A stretch of 64,000 bases of DNA, taken from the IMG/VR virus record IMGVR_UViG_3300032116_000016; one strand, written 5' to 3'. The notes under the pieces were generated by a model. That model did not search any database. It saw only the letters and a list, made by a program, of their open reading frames with translations, and was not told the DNA's origin. Below, one piece after another: positions 17,538 through 26,379 of this stretch (the stretch's first letter is position 1; each line of letters begins with the position of its first letter). This stretch comes from a virus. The position numbers and the translations under genes were made by a program.

Positions 17538-18754
17538 TGTTTACGACTAACGATTACCTTATTGAAACTCTTACCCCAGCAGAACAAGCTAAAAAATTAG
17601 GCTTGAAATATCTGGGGTTTGGTCGTTGGGGTAAAATTGTAAACAAAAAAGGAGTTACCACGCATAAAACCGAAGGTAGTAAACTTGTCCCTGTTGCAAA
17701 AAATAAAGGTGGTACAACACAAAAACCAAAAAGCACATCGCAACAAAAGAAAGTTAAAGTTCAAAGGGGTGAACCATTACTTCCGTGGCTTCTTCCTAAT
17801 CCGTGGGCTGGAGCAGACGAAGAAACTTCAATAGAACGTTTAGAACGCCGACGAGAACGATATGCGGAGGGTCAAGGATTAAGTGCAGAATGGAGTCGTC
17901 CACCTGAAGTGGTTGAAGAAGCTAAATCACATTGGACACAAATTGATCAGTTAACACAAGGCCCTGCAGAAACACCAAACGAAAAGGCAATTCGACTACA
18001 AGTTAAAACATTAGGATTGAAACGAGCTAACTTGCCGGGTAGTTTGTTACGGGGTACATTGTTTATTGGTCCAAGTGGAAAGGTAACTCACGCTGCAGAT
18101 TTTCGTACTGGAAAATTATATAAACTAAAAAAACCATTCAATCCCAAAACAGGAGAACCTTCTGAAGTAGATGTGGCTACTGGCATAATATGGACAACGC
18201 CGGTTGACCCCGCCCGTTCAGATAGACAACAAGTTCTAGCAAATATTCGAATGTGGACTGACGATAAAGTATTTGACAGAATTACAAGTCAAAGATTGCA
18301 AATTTACGAAACAATGGATAAGCTAATTGACCAAGCTAACCTTCGTGTAACTGAAGCAAAAGAACTATATCGTGGCGTTTATTTTACAAATAAAAATATA
18401 GACTACGCAAAATCATTTATAAAATTGATAACTTCTGGTGGTACCATTGAACTCCCACCGTCAGGATTTACCACAACACTTAAAGTGGCAATGGATTTTG
18501 CAAATATTGGTGACCCACAAGTATCTGTTATTCTTCGCGCTCTTCCTCCAAAAAAAGGATTTCGAGCAATGCATCTCGCTGGTATTCCACGAAACGCTCA
18601 CGAAAAAGAATCTGAAGTGGTTACTCGGTCGTCAAAGTTCCAAATTATGAGTGTACTACAACAAGAAACCAGACGAGAAAAAACTATAACAGAACCAGAC
18701 GGACGATTGATTAATGTCACATATACCGTTCAACTTCAACAGCTAGAAAAATAA
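17537..18754 (+). CDS. Mono-ADP-ribosyltransferase (R-S-E clade, Alt/VIP2-like) with N-terminal GFGRWG module
   Basis: C-terminal LYRGV (catalytic R), SGFTTT (STS-like) and HEKESEVV (ExE) in the canonical order and spacing. Confidence 0.7.
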   Translation: MFTTNDYLIETLTPAEQAKKLGLKYLGFGRWGKIVNKKGVTTHKTEGSKLVPVAKNKGGTTQKPKSTSQQKKVKVQRGEPLLPWLLPNPWAGADEETSIERLERRRERYAEGQGLSAEWSRPPEVVEEAKSHWTQIDQLTQGPAETPNEKAIRLQVKTLGLKRANLPGSLLRGTLFIGPSGKVTHAADFRTGKLYKLKKPFNPKTGEPSEVDVATGIIWTTPVDPARSDRQQVLANIRMWTDDKVFDRITSQRLQIYETMDKLIDQANLRVTEAKELYRGVYFTNKNIDYAKSFIKLITSGGTIELPPSGFTTTLKVAMDFANIGDPQVSVILRALPPKKGFRAMHLAGIPRNAHEKESEVVTRSSKFQIMSVLQQETRREKTITEPDGRLINVTYTVQLQQLEK

Positions 18755-18755
18755 T

Positions 18756-19214
18756 ATGAAAAAAATGACGATTGTAGATTTATTGATGGGTGATTCGATG
18801 CGGGGTACGAAAAAACTCCTTGACCGATTGGAAACAAAAAAGACCACTCCCACGGTAAATGAGAATACTTATATTAGTAAGGTTGACGCAAAGCGTATTT
18901 ATGATAAGATGGGATATGACTTTGACTTCAACGAGTTTTTGTTGGGTATGAACACCGAATTAGAACATCAAGACGTTACTAAAGGCAATATCGTCAAGAC
19001 GGCAAAGATAGCAGCGGCCCACTTGAAGGAGAAGCCAAATTATTATACTTTACTAAAAAAATATATTGAAACTAAAAACGAAGATATAAGTGGGACCGCA
19101 GGACCAACTTCAAGCGTATCAAGTTTAGTGGGTCCAGTTGGTTACATTAAAGGAGCACCAAAACCTAAAGATGTAAAAAAGATGCGTTCGCATCTCGACA
19201 AGGAGAAAAATTAA
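18756..19214 (+). CDS. Phage protein with DUF5661-like domain
   Basis: FLLGMNTELEH...AKIAAAHLKEKPNYYTLL. Confidence 0.65.
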   Translation: MKKMTIVDLLMGDSMRGTKKLLDRLETKKTTPTVNENTYISKVDAKRIYDKMGYDFDFNEFLLGMNTELEHQDVTKGNIVKTAKIAAAHLKEKPNYYTLLKKYIETKNEDISGTAGPTSSVSSLVGPVGYIKGAPKPKDVKKMRSHLDKEKN

Positions 19215-19552
19215 TGATTCGCTTAAAAGATATATTAATAGAACACGGTAATAAAGAAAACCGTATCAACTTGATGAAATTAGAAGTGCTAATGGAGAAA
19301 ATGTTGCCGGTGCTCGCTAAGAATAACGCAACAAAACTGACACAAATTTGCACAGAAATTCATCAAATGGCTACAAAACTTAATGAATTACCTTATACAT
19401 TATGGAACGCATATCCAGAGTGGCCGGTGTTAAAGGTAGCATTAATATCTAAAATTGCTGAAGCTAAAGAAGAAGCTTCAAAATTATTAGAATCTGAAAA
19501 AGTCGATGTCCTTCCGTTTGTAAAAGCGTTGGACGAACTTATCGCAGACTAA
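19214..19552 (+). CDS. Hypothetical protein
   Basis: 112 aa ORF starting MIRLKDILIE; its start overlaps the upstream stop codon. Confidence 0.65.
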   Translation: MIRLKDILIEHGNKENRINLMKLEVLMEKMLPVLAKNNATKLTQICTEIHQMATKLNELPYTLWNAYPEWPVLKVALISKIAEAKEEASKLLESEKVDVLPFVKALDELIAD

Positions 19553-19567
19553 CATAAGTGAGGTTTT

Positions 19568-21472
19568 ATGGCAGATAATACTGTATTTTCAAGACTTAAA
19601 AAATTATTTTCTACAAGTACCATCGTCAGAAATGTCGGTGGTAAAAAATTACGCATCGCTGACACAGACAACGTTCAGTCTTTTATCAATAGACGAGGTG
19701 TTGACAGATATACTCGCGTATATCAATCGGGAACTGGTGGATATGGTTCACATTACGGTAGAATGGAAACTGCAGCGGCATTTCAAGGCGCACGTCTCCA
19801 ATTATTCCGTGATTACGATATGATGGATAATGATCCAATTATATCTTCTGTGTTGGACATTTACGCAGACGAATCTACAGTAAAAGACGAATTCAGTAAA
19901 ATTCTTGCTATTAAAACTGATAACACACAAATTCAACAGATTCTAGAAAATTTATTTTATGATGTATTAAATGTGGAATTTAATCTCTGGCCGTGGATTC
20001 GCAATCTTACAAAATACGGGGATTTTTTCTTATATCTGGACATAGACCCAGAGTATGGTATCGTTAACGCTGTACCGTTATCAATTTACGAAACTACTAG
20101 AGTGGAAGGTGCGAATCCAGAAAATCCTTTTTCTGTAGAGTTTCACATACAAAATGATTTCTTGAATCTTGGAAAAAAGGAATTCGATAATTACGAAATT
20201 GCACACTTCCGTCTCCTTTCTGATACCAATTTCCTTCCATATGGTAAGGCAATGATTGAAGGCGGTCGTCGTGTCTGGAAGCAATTACAATTGATGGAAG
20301 ACGCAATGTTAGTACATCGCATTATGCGTGCACCAGATAAACGTAAGTTTAAGATTGATATTGGTAATATTCCACCAAATGAAGTGGAAACATATATGCA
20401 GCGTATTATTGATCGCATGAAAAAGTCACCACTTATCGATCCAAAAACTGGTGATTATAATCTTCGTTATAACATGATGAACATTGTAGAAGATTTTTAT
20501 ATGCCCGTTCGTGGTAGAGATTCGGGTACTGACATTGAAACAATGCAAGGTCTACAATTTAATGCTATTGAAGATATTGAATACCTTCGTCAAAAGTTAC
20601 TTGCAGCATTTAAAGTCCCTAAATCATTTATTGGATATGAAGAAGATATTAATGGAAAAGCTACATTGGCTGCACAAGACGTTCGCTTTGCTCGAACAGT
20701 TGAACGTATCCAACGTATCGTGGTATCGGAATTAACTAAAATTGCTATTATTCATCTATATGTTCAAGGATTTACTGACGAGGAATTGGTAAATTTTGAA
20801 TTAGCATTAACAAATCCATCTACGCTTTACGAACAAGAAAAAATTAATATTTGGAAAGAAAAGTTTGCTTTGGCAAGAGATATGACCGGCGGACAAGCTC
20901 AAATTCTTTCACAAGATTGGGTATATAAGCATATTCTTGAAATGTCGCAAGAAGAAGTTGAAGATGAGCGTAAAAAAATAATGGACGATATTAAACGTGT
21001 TCAAGAACAACAAGCTGCGGCACAACCACAAGAATCGGGAACACAAGGTGGTGACGCTCCATCGGGTGAATTACAACCAGCAACTCCAGCAGATGCTGAT
21101 GTTGAATTAGGACCAGACCCAGAAATGGGCCAAGAAGATGGTGTGGAACCAGAGGAACTCGACGATGTAAATGCTATTTTAAATTCGTTGGGGGAAGATA
21201 TCGATGAAGATGAATCGATGGACGATGAACTGGAAGAAATTTTAGTGAAAAATAAAGTTGGTCGTCCCCGTGAAGGATTAAAATTTGGTACGGATAGACA
21301 TCCGTTAGGTAGAGATCCTTTGGGGCATAAAGAAAATACCAAAACCTATAAAAGAAGTACACTTTCTACGGAAGCCAAGCAATTTCTAGACAAATTACCT
21401 AGAAAGGGTGTAAGTAAATACCGTCAGATGATTGCTGACAGCATTATTCCAGACACTAAATTGGACGGTTAG
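19568..21472 (+). CDS. gp20: Portal protein (T4 gp20-like) with acidic C-terminal extension
   Basis: RDYDMMDNDPIISSVLDIYADE; LMEDAMLVHRIMRAPDKRKFKIDIG; EDFYMPVRG...IEDIEYLRQKLLAAFKVPKS. Confidence 0.93.
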   Translation: MADNTVFSRLKKLFSTSTIVRNVGGKKLRIADTDNVQSFINRRGVDRYTRVYQSGTGGYGSHYGRMETAAAFQGARLQLFRDYDMMDNDPIISSVLDIYADESTVKDEFSKILAIKTDNTQIQQILENLFYDVLNVEFNLWPWIRNLTKYGDFFLYLDIDPEYGIVNAVPLSIYETTRVEGANPENPFSVEFHIQNDFLNLGKKEFDNYEIAHFRLLSDTNFLPYGKAMIEGGRRVWKQLQLMEDAMLVHRIMRAPDKRKFKIDIGNIPPNEVETYMQRIIDRMKKSPLIDPKTGDYNLRYNMMNIVEDFYMPVRGRDSGTDIETMQGLQFNAIEDIEYLRQKLLAAFKVPKSFIGYEEDINGKATLAAQDVRFARTVERIQRIVVSELTKIAIIHLYVQGFTDEELVNFELALTNPSTLYEQEKINIWKEKFALARDMTGGQAQILSQDWVYKHILEMSQEEVEDERKKIMDDIKRVQEQQAAAQPQESGTQGGDAPSGELQPATPADADVELGPDPEMGQEDGVEPEELDDVNAILNSLGEDIDEDESMDDELEEILVKNKVGRPREGLKFGTDRHPLGRDPLGHKENTKTYKRSTLSTEAKQFLDKLPRKGVSKYRQMIADSIIPDTKLDG

Positions 21473-21485
21473 TATATGTCGATTA

Positions 21486-21493
21486 TATTTACT
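21486..21493 (+). promoter_or_regulatory. Variant late-promoter candidate TATTTACT
   Basis: Intergenic between the portal gene and ORF 21532; two mismatches to TATTTATA. Confidence 0.3.
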
Positions 21494-21531
21494 TATATGA
21501 TGGTTGTTTACTCGTTAAATACGGATAACAT

Positions 21532-22392
21532 ATGAGCCTCAAACACAATAAAATTAAGAATACCGGCATTTTGTTTGAATTGCTGGTTAGAAAAATCGCA
21601 ACGGATGTATTAGATGGCAAACAAGATAGTTTTGCCATCAAATTGATGCGTGAGCACTTCCATCCAAAATCAGAACTTGGAAAGGAGTTGCAATTATATC
21701 GCACGTTTTTTAATACACCGAAGTTGACGGAAAGTAAAGCATTTAACATGCTTGATTTAATTGTTCAACGCCGCCGTAGTTTAAATGAAAAAGTACTTTC
21801 TGCACAAAAATTTCTTTTAATTAAAGAAATTAAACAAAATTGTGATTTAAAACAATTTCTAAACGGTCGTGTTCCTTCCTATAAAGTGTATGCATCAATT
21901 TATAAACTTTTTGAAAGTGGTTCTGATGATGTGATGCAATTGGAGGATGTGGTAAAATCACGCTTTTTGGTAGTGGAACATTTGCAAGGTATTTTTAAAG
22001 AAGAAGAAATTATTAAAGAAAGCTCATACGTTGAAGCACTTCGTGGTCAAGATGAAGAAATTCGTTATCTGTCATATAAATTTTTATTAGAACGATTTAA
22101 TGAAAAATATAGTAATTTTAATGACAAACAAAAAGCATTACTTCGTGAATATATCAATAAAGGAACAGATGTTGAGCAGTTTAGAAAATATGCAATAGCT
22201 GAAGCAACGTTTTTAGAATCTCAAATTAAAAAACAAAGTGTAAAAATTAAAAACGAGGTAACTCGTATCAAACTACACGAAGTCGTTGCACAACTAAAAA
22301 ATATACAAGCAAAACCAATCATTAAAGAAAACCACATCACAGCACTTCTTATTGCATATCAATTAGTACAAGATATGAATTCGTTGAGTTAA
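21532..22392 (+). CDS. Conserved hypothetical helical protein downstream of portal
   Basis: 286 aa ORF beginning MSLKHNKIKNTGILFELLVR, in the head gene block. Confidence 0.7.
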   Translation: MSLKHNKIKNTGILFELLVRKIATDVLDGKQDSFAIKLMREHFHPKSELGKELQLYRTFFNTPKLTESKAFNMLDLIVQRRRSLNEKVLSAQKFLLIKEIKQNCDLKQFLNGRVPSYKVYASIYKLFESGSDDVMQLEDVVKSRFLVVEHLQGIFKEEEIIKESSYVEALRGQDEEIRYLSYKFLLERFNEKYSNFNDKQKALLREYINKGTDVEQFRKYAIAEATFLESQIKKQSVKIKNEVTRIKLHEVVAQLKNIQAKPIIKENHITALLIAYQLVQDMNSLS

Positions 22393-22395
22393 TAT

Positions 22396-22899
22396 ATGGA
22401 TAAAGAACAACGCCTCCGTGAATATATTCGAAAGATGGTTCGTGAATTAATGAATGAAATTTCAACTACTGCCGGTGTTCCTGGGTATTTAACTCCACAT
22501 GCTTTTTCTGGGGAAAAAGATAGAACCGCATCAGTTGACCGTATGGCAAAACGCATCGGGTATACGCTGACAAATAAAGGTAAAAAAGACAATAAAGGTG
22601 ATAAGTTAACCGAGTCTTATAATAAGTTAAAAGATGAGTTTAAGACTCTCACGGAAAACTATTACTATGAATATCGGAATGATACCAGTAAACTTCCTCA
22701 TCAAAAGATTGGTACGGCTATCTCTGAATTAAACAAACAATTAAAGCTAGTAGAACGGGCTTTAAAAATGAATAGTCGTTTAAAGAAAGAGTACGGTATT
22801 TCAGACGACAAATTGTGGAAACGTACCAAACACCAAATGACCAAACTAGAAGGTAAGCTTGTAGAACTTGCCGGCCGCCTTCGTGAGATGAGAGGATAA
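22396..22899 (+). CDS. Hypothetical head-region protein
   Basis: LREYIRKMVRELMNEISTTAGVPGYLTPHAF followed by a coiled-coil C-terminus. Confidence 0.7.
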   Translation: MDKEQRLREYIRKMVRELMNEISTTAGVPGYLTPHAFSGEKDRTASVDRMAKRIGYTLTNKGKKDNKGDKLTESYNKLKDEFKTLTENYYYEYRNDTSKLPHQKIGTAISELNKQLKLVERALKMNSRLKKEYGISDDKLWKRTKHQMTKLEGKLVELAGRLREMRG

Positions 22900-22900
22900 T

Positions 22901-23476
22901 ATGAAAAAATCTCGTTTAATGGAAATTATTCGTGAAACAATCAACGAAGAATTGGAATTAGAATCACAAGCAAGTGATGATGCAAAGAAGCAAGGTTTAG
23001 TATATAGAGGATTTGGTCGTTGGGGTACAAAAGACAAAATAACCCATACAACCCAAAGTGGAAAACTTGTTCCATTAAAAGCTATGAATCCGTTAGCGGC
23101 TGATAAAGCAAAAAAAGCAAATCGTCCTATTGGTGCATCTACAATGGTAACTAAAACACCAGATCAACAACGACGACGAAACAGACCAGAACCAGAAAAG
23201 GATGCGGAATTTAACGCAATGGGAAAATACACCGGTACTGATGCGGGGAATAGAATTGCTGACAAAGTTATTAGTAAATTTTTTGATACTTCCGATGCAT
23301 TATTAGGTAAGTACAAGTATTATGATGACATTCCTGCGGATGAATTTATTGCCGCAACGGGTATTCCAAGAAAGGCAGCAGTTTGGACAGCTCAAAATAA
23401 CAATAGCTATGAACAACCATTTAGTTATGATTCTGAAACTGATACGTTTAGTATCAATGACCCATACGATATTTAA
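22901..23476 (+). CDS. Hypothetical head-region protein with GFGRWG module
   Basis: DDAKKQGLVYRGFGRWGTKDKITHTTQSGKLVP is homologous to the modules in 14513 and 17537. Confidence 0.7.
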   Translation: MKKSRLMEIIRETINEELELESQASDDAKKQGLVYRGFGRWGTKDKITHTTQSGKLVPLKAMNPLAADKAKKANRPIGASTMVTKTPDQQRRRNRPEPEKDAEFNAMGKYTGTDAGNRIADKVISKFFDTSDALLGKYKYYDDIPADEFIAATGIPRKAAVWTAQNNNSYEQPFSYDSETDTFSINDPYDI

Positions 23477-23490
23477 TTATAGGAAAATAT

Positions 23491-24075
23491 ATGGCATTAC
23501 TTTGTGAATATACTGAATTACAATACGACCGTAGTATTCTAACGGAAGCAATGGACAGTAACAAACCATTAGTTCTTCGTAATGTCGTATTACAACGTGC
23601 CGATGCCAAAAACCAAAACGGCCGAGTCTATCCAAAAGAAATTTTGATGCGTGAAGCGGCTATGTATAAGAAGAACTTTGTGGAAAGCCGCCGAGCATTA
23701 GGTGAACTCGACCATCCAGAAAGTCCAGTTGTCAACCTTAAGAATGTTTGCTGCAATATCGTCGGATTATGGACAGAAGGTGATGACGTTCGTGGAGACA
23801 TTGAAATACTCACCACACCAACTGGTAATATTGTTCGTGAACTTATTAAGAACAATATCCGTCTAGGCGTATCGTCCCGAGGTATGGGTTCGGTAAAATC
23901 GCTTGGAGAAAACACCGTTGAAGTACAAGAAGATTTTTCGTTAATTTGTTTTGATATTGTTAGTAATCCATCAACTATTGGTGCATTTATCAACGAAAAT
24001 GTTCAATCAAAAGTTGTTGCGCCTTATGACAATATTGACAAATTAATTCACGATTTCCTCAGCGAAATAAAATAA
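23491..24075 (+). CDS. gp21: Prohead core protease (T4 gp21-like)
   Basis: LQRADAKNQNGRVYP, LGELDHPES, GVSSRGMGS and FDIVSNPS. Confidence 0.95.
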   Translation: MALLCEYTELQYDRSILTEAMDSNKPLVLRNVVLQRADAKNQNGRVYPKEILMREAAMYKKNFVESRRALGELDHPESPVVNLKNVCCNIVGLWTEGDDVRGDIEILTTPTGNIVRELIKNNIRLGVSSRGMGSVKSLGENTVEVQEDFSLICFDIVSNPSTIGAFINENVQSKVVAPYDNIDKLIHDFLSEIK

Positions 24076-24087
24076 AAGGAGAAATAT

Positions 24088-24339
24088 ATGCTAGGATTTA
24101 TACTTATACTCGCACTTTTTGTTGCAATTGCTTGGTATGTCATTAAGGATATGAATACTCCGTTAGTTAAGACCGTAAAGACAACTGCACAAAAAGTAGA
24201 AGATACCGTAGAAAAAGTAGTAGATGTCAATAAGGATGGTGTGGTAAATGTTGCTGACGTTAAAGCTGCAGCAACAAAAGTTAAAAGTGTAGCTAAAAAA
24301 GTAACTACAAGAAAGCCACGTAAAAAAAAGGACGTATAA
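24088..24339 (+). CDS. Small membrane-anchored protein with EF-hand/dockerin-like loop
   Basis: N-terminal TM helix (LGFILILALFVAIAWYV), DVNKDGVVNVADV loop and a basic tail. AAGGAG Shine-Dalgarno. Confidence 0.65.
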   Translation: MLGFILILALFVAIAWYVIKDMNTPLVKTVKTTAQKVEDTVEKVVDVNKDGVVNVADVKAAATKVKSVAKKVTTRKPRKKKDV

Positions 24340-24340
24340 T

Positions 24341-24544
24341 ATGATTGAAAACGTCGAACAGACGCTAAAACGTATTGTTGAAACGGATACACCAGACTTT
24401 GTAAAAGGTAAAATGGTAGATACGTTTACGGCAAATATGTTGATGACCGTGATTCGTAAATTAAACGAAGAAAACAAACAAAAACTGTTCGGTCGTTCAA
24501 TTAATGAAATGGTAGCTGTTGCGTATAAAGTACTTACTTATTAA
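24341..24544 (+). CDS. Small hypothetical protein
   Basis: 67 aa ORF tightly packed between its neighbours. Confidence 0.6.
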   Translation: MIENVEQTLKRIVETDTPDFVKGKMVDTFTANMLMTVIRKLNEENKQKLFGRSINEMVAVAYKVLTY

Positions 24545-24546
24545 AA

Positions 24547-26019
24547 ATGGCAAAGGGAAAGACTTTATTTGTAACAGATTTTGATGATACCTTGGCACGC
24601 ACAGATGCCAAGGTTATTGTCGTTAGAAATGGTAATCGGATAGAAATGGATCCAGCTGAATATGCTACATATGAAGAACAGCCGGGCGATCAATTTGATT
24701 TTTCAGAATTTGAGCAATTAAAAAATCCACGACCAATTCAACGATTTGTTAAATTATTAAAAGCTGCAGTAGAGAGCGCAGATAAAGTTGTGGTTTTAAC
24801 GGCCCGAGGGCATACTAGACCAGTTGCACAATTTTTAAAAATGATTGGAATTCGTTCGGGTAGTGTTGCAATTGCGGCACTGGGAGATTCCAACCCAGAA
24901 AAAAAAGCAAGATACATAGAAAAACAAATACAAGACGGATACACTAGAGTTGCATTTGTTGACGACTCACCAAAAAATATTGAAGCAGTCAATAAATTAA
25001 AAGCAAAATATCCAGACGTTAAGATGTTGGTGCATCAAGTAAAAGAACCTGAAGAACCTACAACATCTCCTAAAAAAGAAGTTGAACTTCGTCCTATTAA
25101 AAAAGGTGATGACGATTACGTACAAGCAGACGAGTGGATACGTACCCAACATTATCTCAAAAAATGGCCAAAGTCTGTTCAATCCACATTAGGCGTATAT
25201 GTTGATGGTAAATTGTCGGGAACATTGGTCTATGGTATTGGGACAAGAGGGCAAGCGGCAACCGATATTTTTGGACCAGGTGTGATGGCAAACAATCAAC
25301 TGTGGGAACTTCAACGGGCGTTCACTACTGACGAAGCAAAACAATTAGTACCAAATCTTGGGTCAATGGTAATATCGCGTGGTAATGAATACATTCGTAC
25401 AAACGCAAAAACTAAAGACGGTAAACCAGTAAAAGCAATTGTATCCTACGCAGACAGCGCACAAGGTCACGCAGGGTCTGTGTATAAAGCAAGTAATGCA
25501 ACATATCTTGGAGAACAACCACCTCGTACTGGTTGGGCAATTACGGATCCAAAAACAGGCGATACAGTAACTCGAACAACAATTAAATCTTCTGTACTAA
25601 AATCGTTAGCAGACAAAGGATTTTTTATTGAGAAATTAAAGCCGGAAACTGGTAAACATAAATTTTTATACGCATTGGGTAAAGACCAGAATGAAAGGGA
25701 TCAGTTGTTAGCTCAAATTAAAAAACCTATATTTGATTATCCAAAGGACGGGCAACCTGCGAAAGAAATTGAAAACGCAGCAAAAAAACGTTTGGCTGTA
25801 AAGAAACCACAACCAGCACCACCAACTACCACACCAAAATCAAAAAGAGAAACAATAAAACAATTATTAAGAAGTAAAGTCACTAATCCAGATACGGGTG
25901 AGAAGATTTTTGTACAGACGGCATTACGTAAAGACAAAACACATTCAGCGTATAAACAAGCAATGGGTATGGTAAATGCGTACGCAAAAAGATTTGGAAT
26001 AAGAGTTAAACCACGTTAA
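24547..26019 (+). CDS. HAD-family phosphatase fused to a Mom-like (GNAT) DNA-modification domain and C-terminal NPxTG module
   Basis: HAD motifs FVTDFDDTL, VLTARG and FVDDSPKN. Mom-like WIRTQHYL...LWELQR...IVSYADSAQGHAGSVYKASNATYLG. C-terminal VTNPDTGEKIFVQTAL. Confidence 0.7.
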   Translation: MAKGKTLFVTDFDDTLARTDAKVIVVRNGNRIEMDPAEYATYEEQPGDQFDFSEFEQLKNPRPIQRFVKLLKAAVESADKVVVLTARGHTRPVAQFLKMIGIRSGSVAIAALGDSNPEKKARYIEKQIQDGYTRVAFVDDSPKNIEAVNKLKAKYPDVKMLVHQVKEPEEPTTSPKKEVELRPIKKGDDDYVQADEWIRTQHYLKKWPKSVQSTLGVYVDGKLSGTLVYGIGTRGQAATDIFGPGVMANNQLWELQRAFTTDEAKQLVPNLGSMVISRGNEYIRTNAKTKDGKPVKAIVSYADSAQGHAGSVYKASNATYLGEQPPRTGWAITDPKTGDTVTRTTIKSSVLKSLADKGFFIEKLKPETGKHKFLYALGKDQNERDQLLAQIKKPIFDYPKDGQPAKEIENAAKKRLAVKKPQPAPPTTTPKSKRETIKQLLRSKVTNPDTGEKIFVQTALRKDKTHSAYKQAMGMVNAYAKRFGIRVKPR

Positions 26020-26036
26020 ATAATTTCGGAGGAAGT

Positions 26037-26246
26037 ATGGAAGTTACGGTAAGAGAAGGAAAAGATGAGTTGTCAAAGGCTTTAAAGGTTTTCAATAGTA
26101 TGGTAAAAAAATCAGAACTAATCCCAGAACTTAAACGTAGAGAATTTTTTTTGAAGCCATCTAAAAAACGTATAGCAAAGCGCCAAGAAGCTCTTCGTAG
26201 ACGAAAACGGGAAGAAAAAAGATTAGCTCGTCAAAAAAAGTATTAA
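26037..26246 (+). CDS. rpsU: Phage-encoded 30S ribosomal protein bS21
   Basis: 69 aa basic protein: VTVREGKDELSKALKVF...ELKRREFFLKPSKKR. GGAGG Shine-Dalgarno. Lies directly upstream of scaffold and capsid genes, as in described bS21 phages. Confidence 0.88.
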   Translation: MEVTVREGKDELSKALKVFNSMVKKSELIPELKRREFFLKPSKKRIAKRQEALRRRKREEKRLARQKKY

Positions 26247-26279
26247 TTAATAAAATTGAATTTTTAGAAAATAACCTTA

Positions 26280-26287
26280 TATTTATT
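26280..26287 (+). promoter_or_regulatory. Late-promoter candidate TATTTATT upstream of scaffold/capsid
   Basis: In the 133-nt gap between bS21 and the scaffold gene; one mismatch to TATTTATA. Confidence 0.4.
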
Positions 26288-26379
26288 ATAGAAACACTAG
26301 TTTATTATTAGTGGGTTTAATTTCAAAGTAAAATAGCAGATACTAATATCTACTTAAATCCCTATAGGAGTAACATTTT

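Noticed and set aside
26290-26320. Weak hairpin in the bS21-scaffold gap
   Set aside because: Short AT-rich imperfect stem with no T-tract; not distinguishable from chance.
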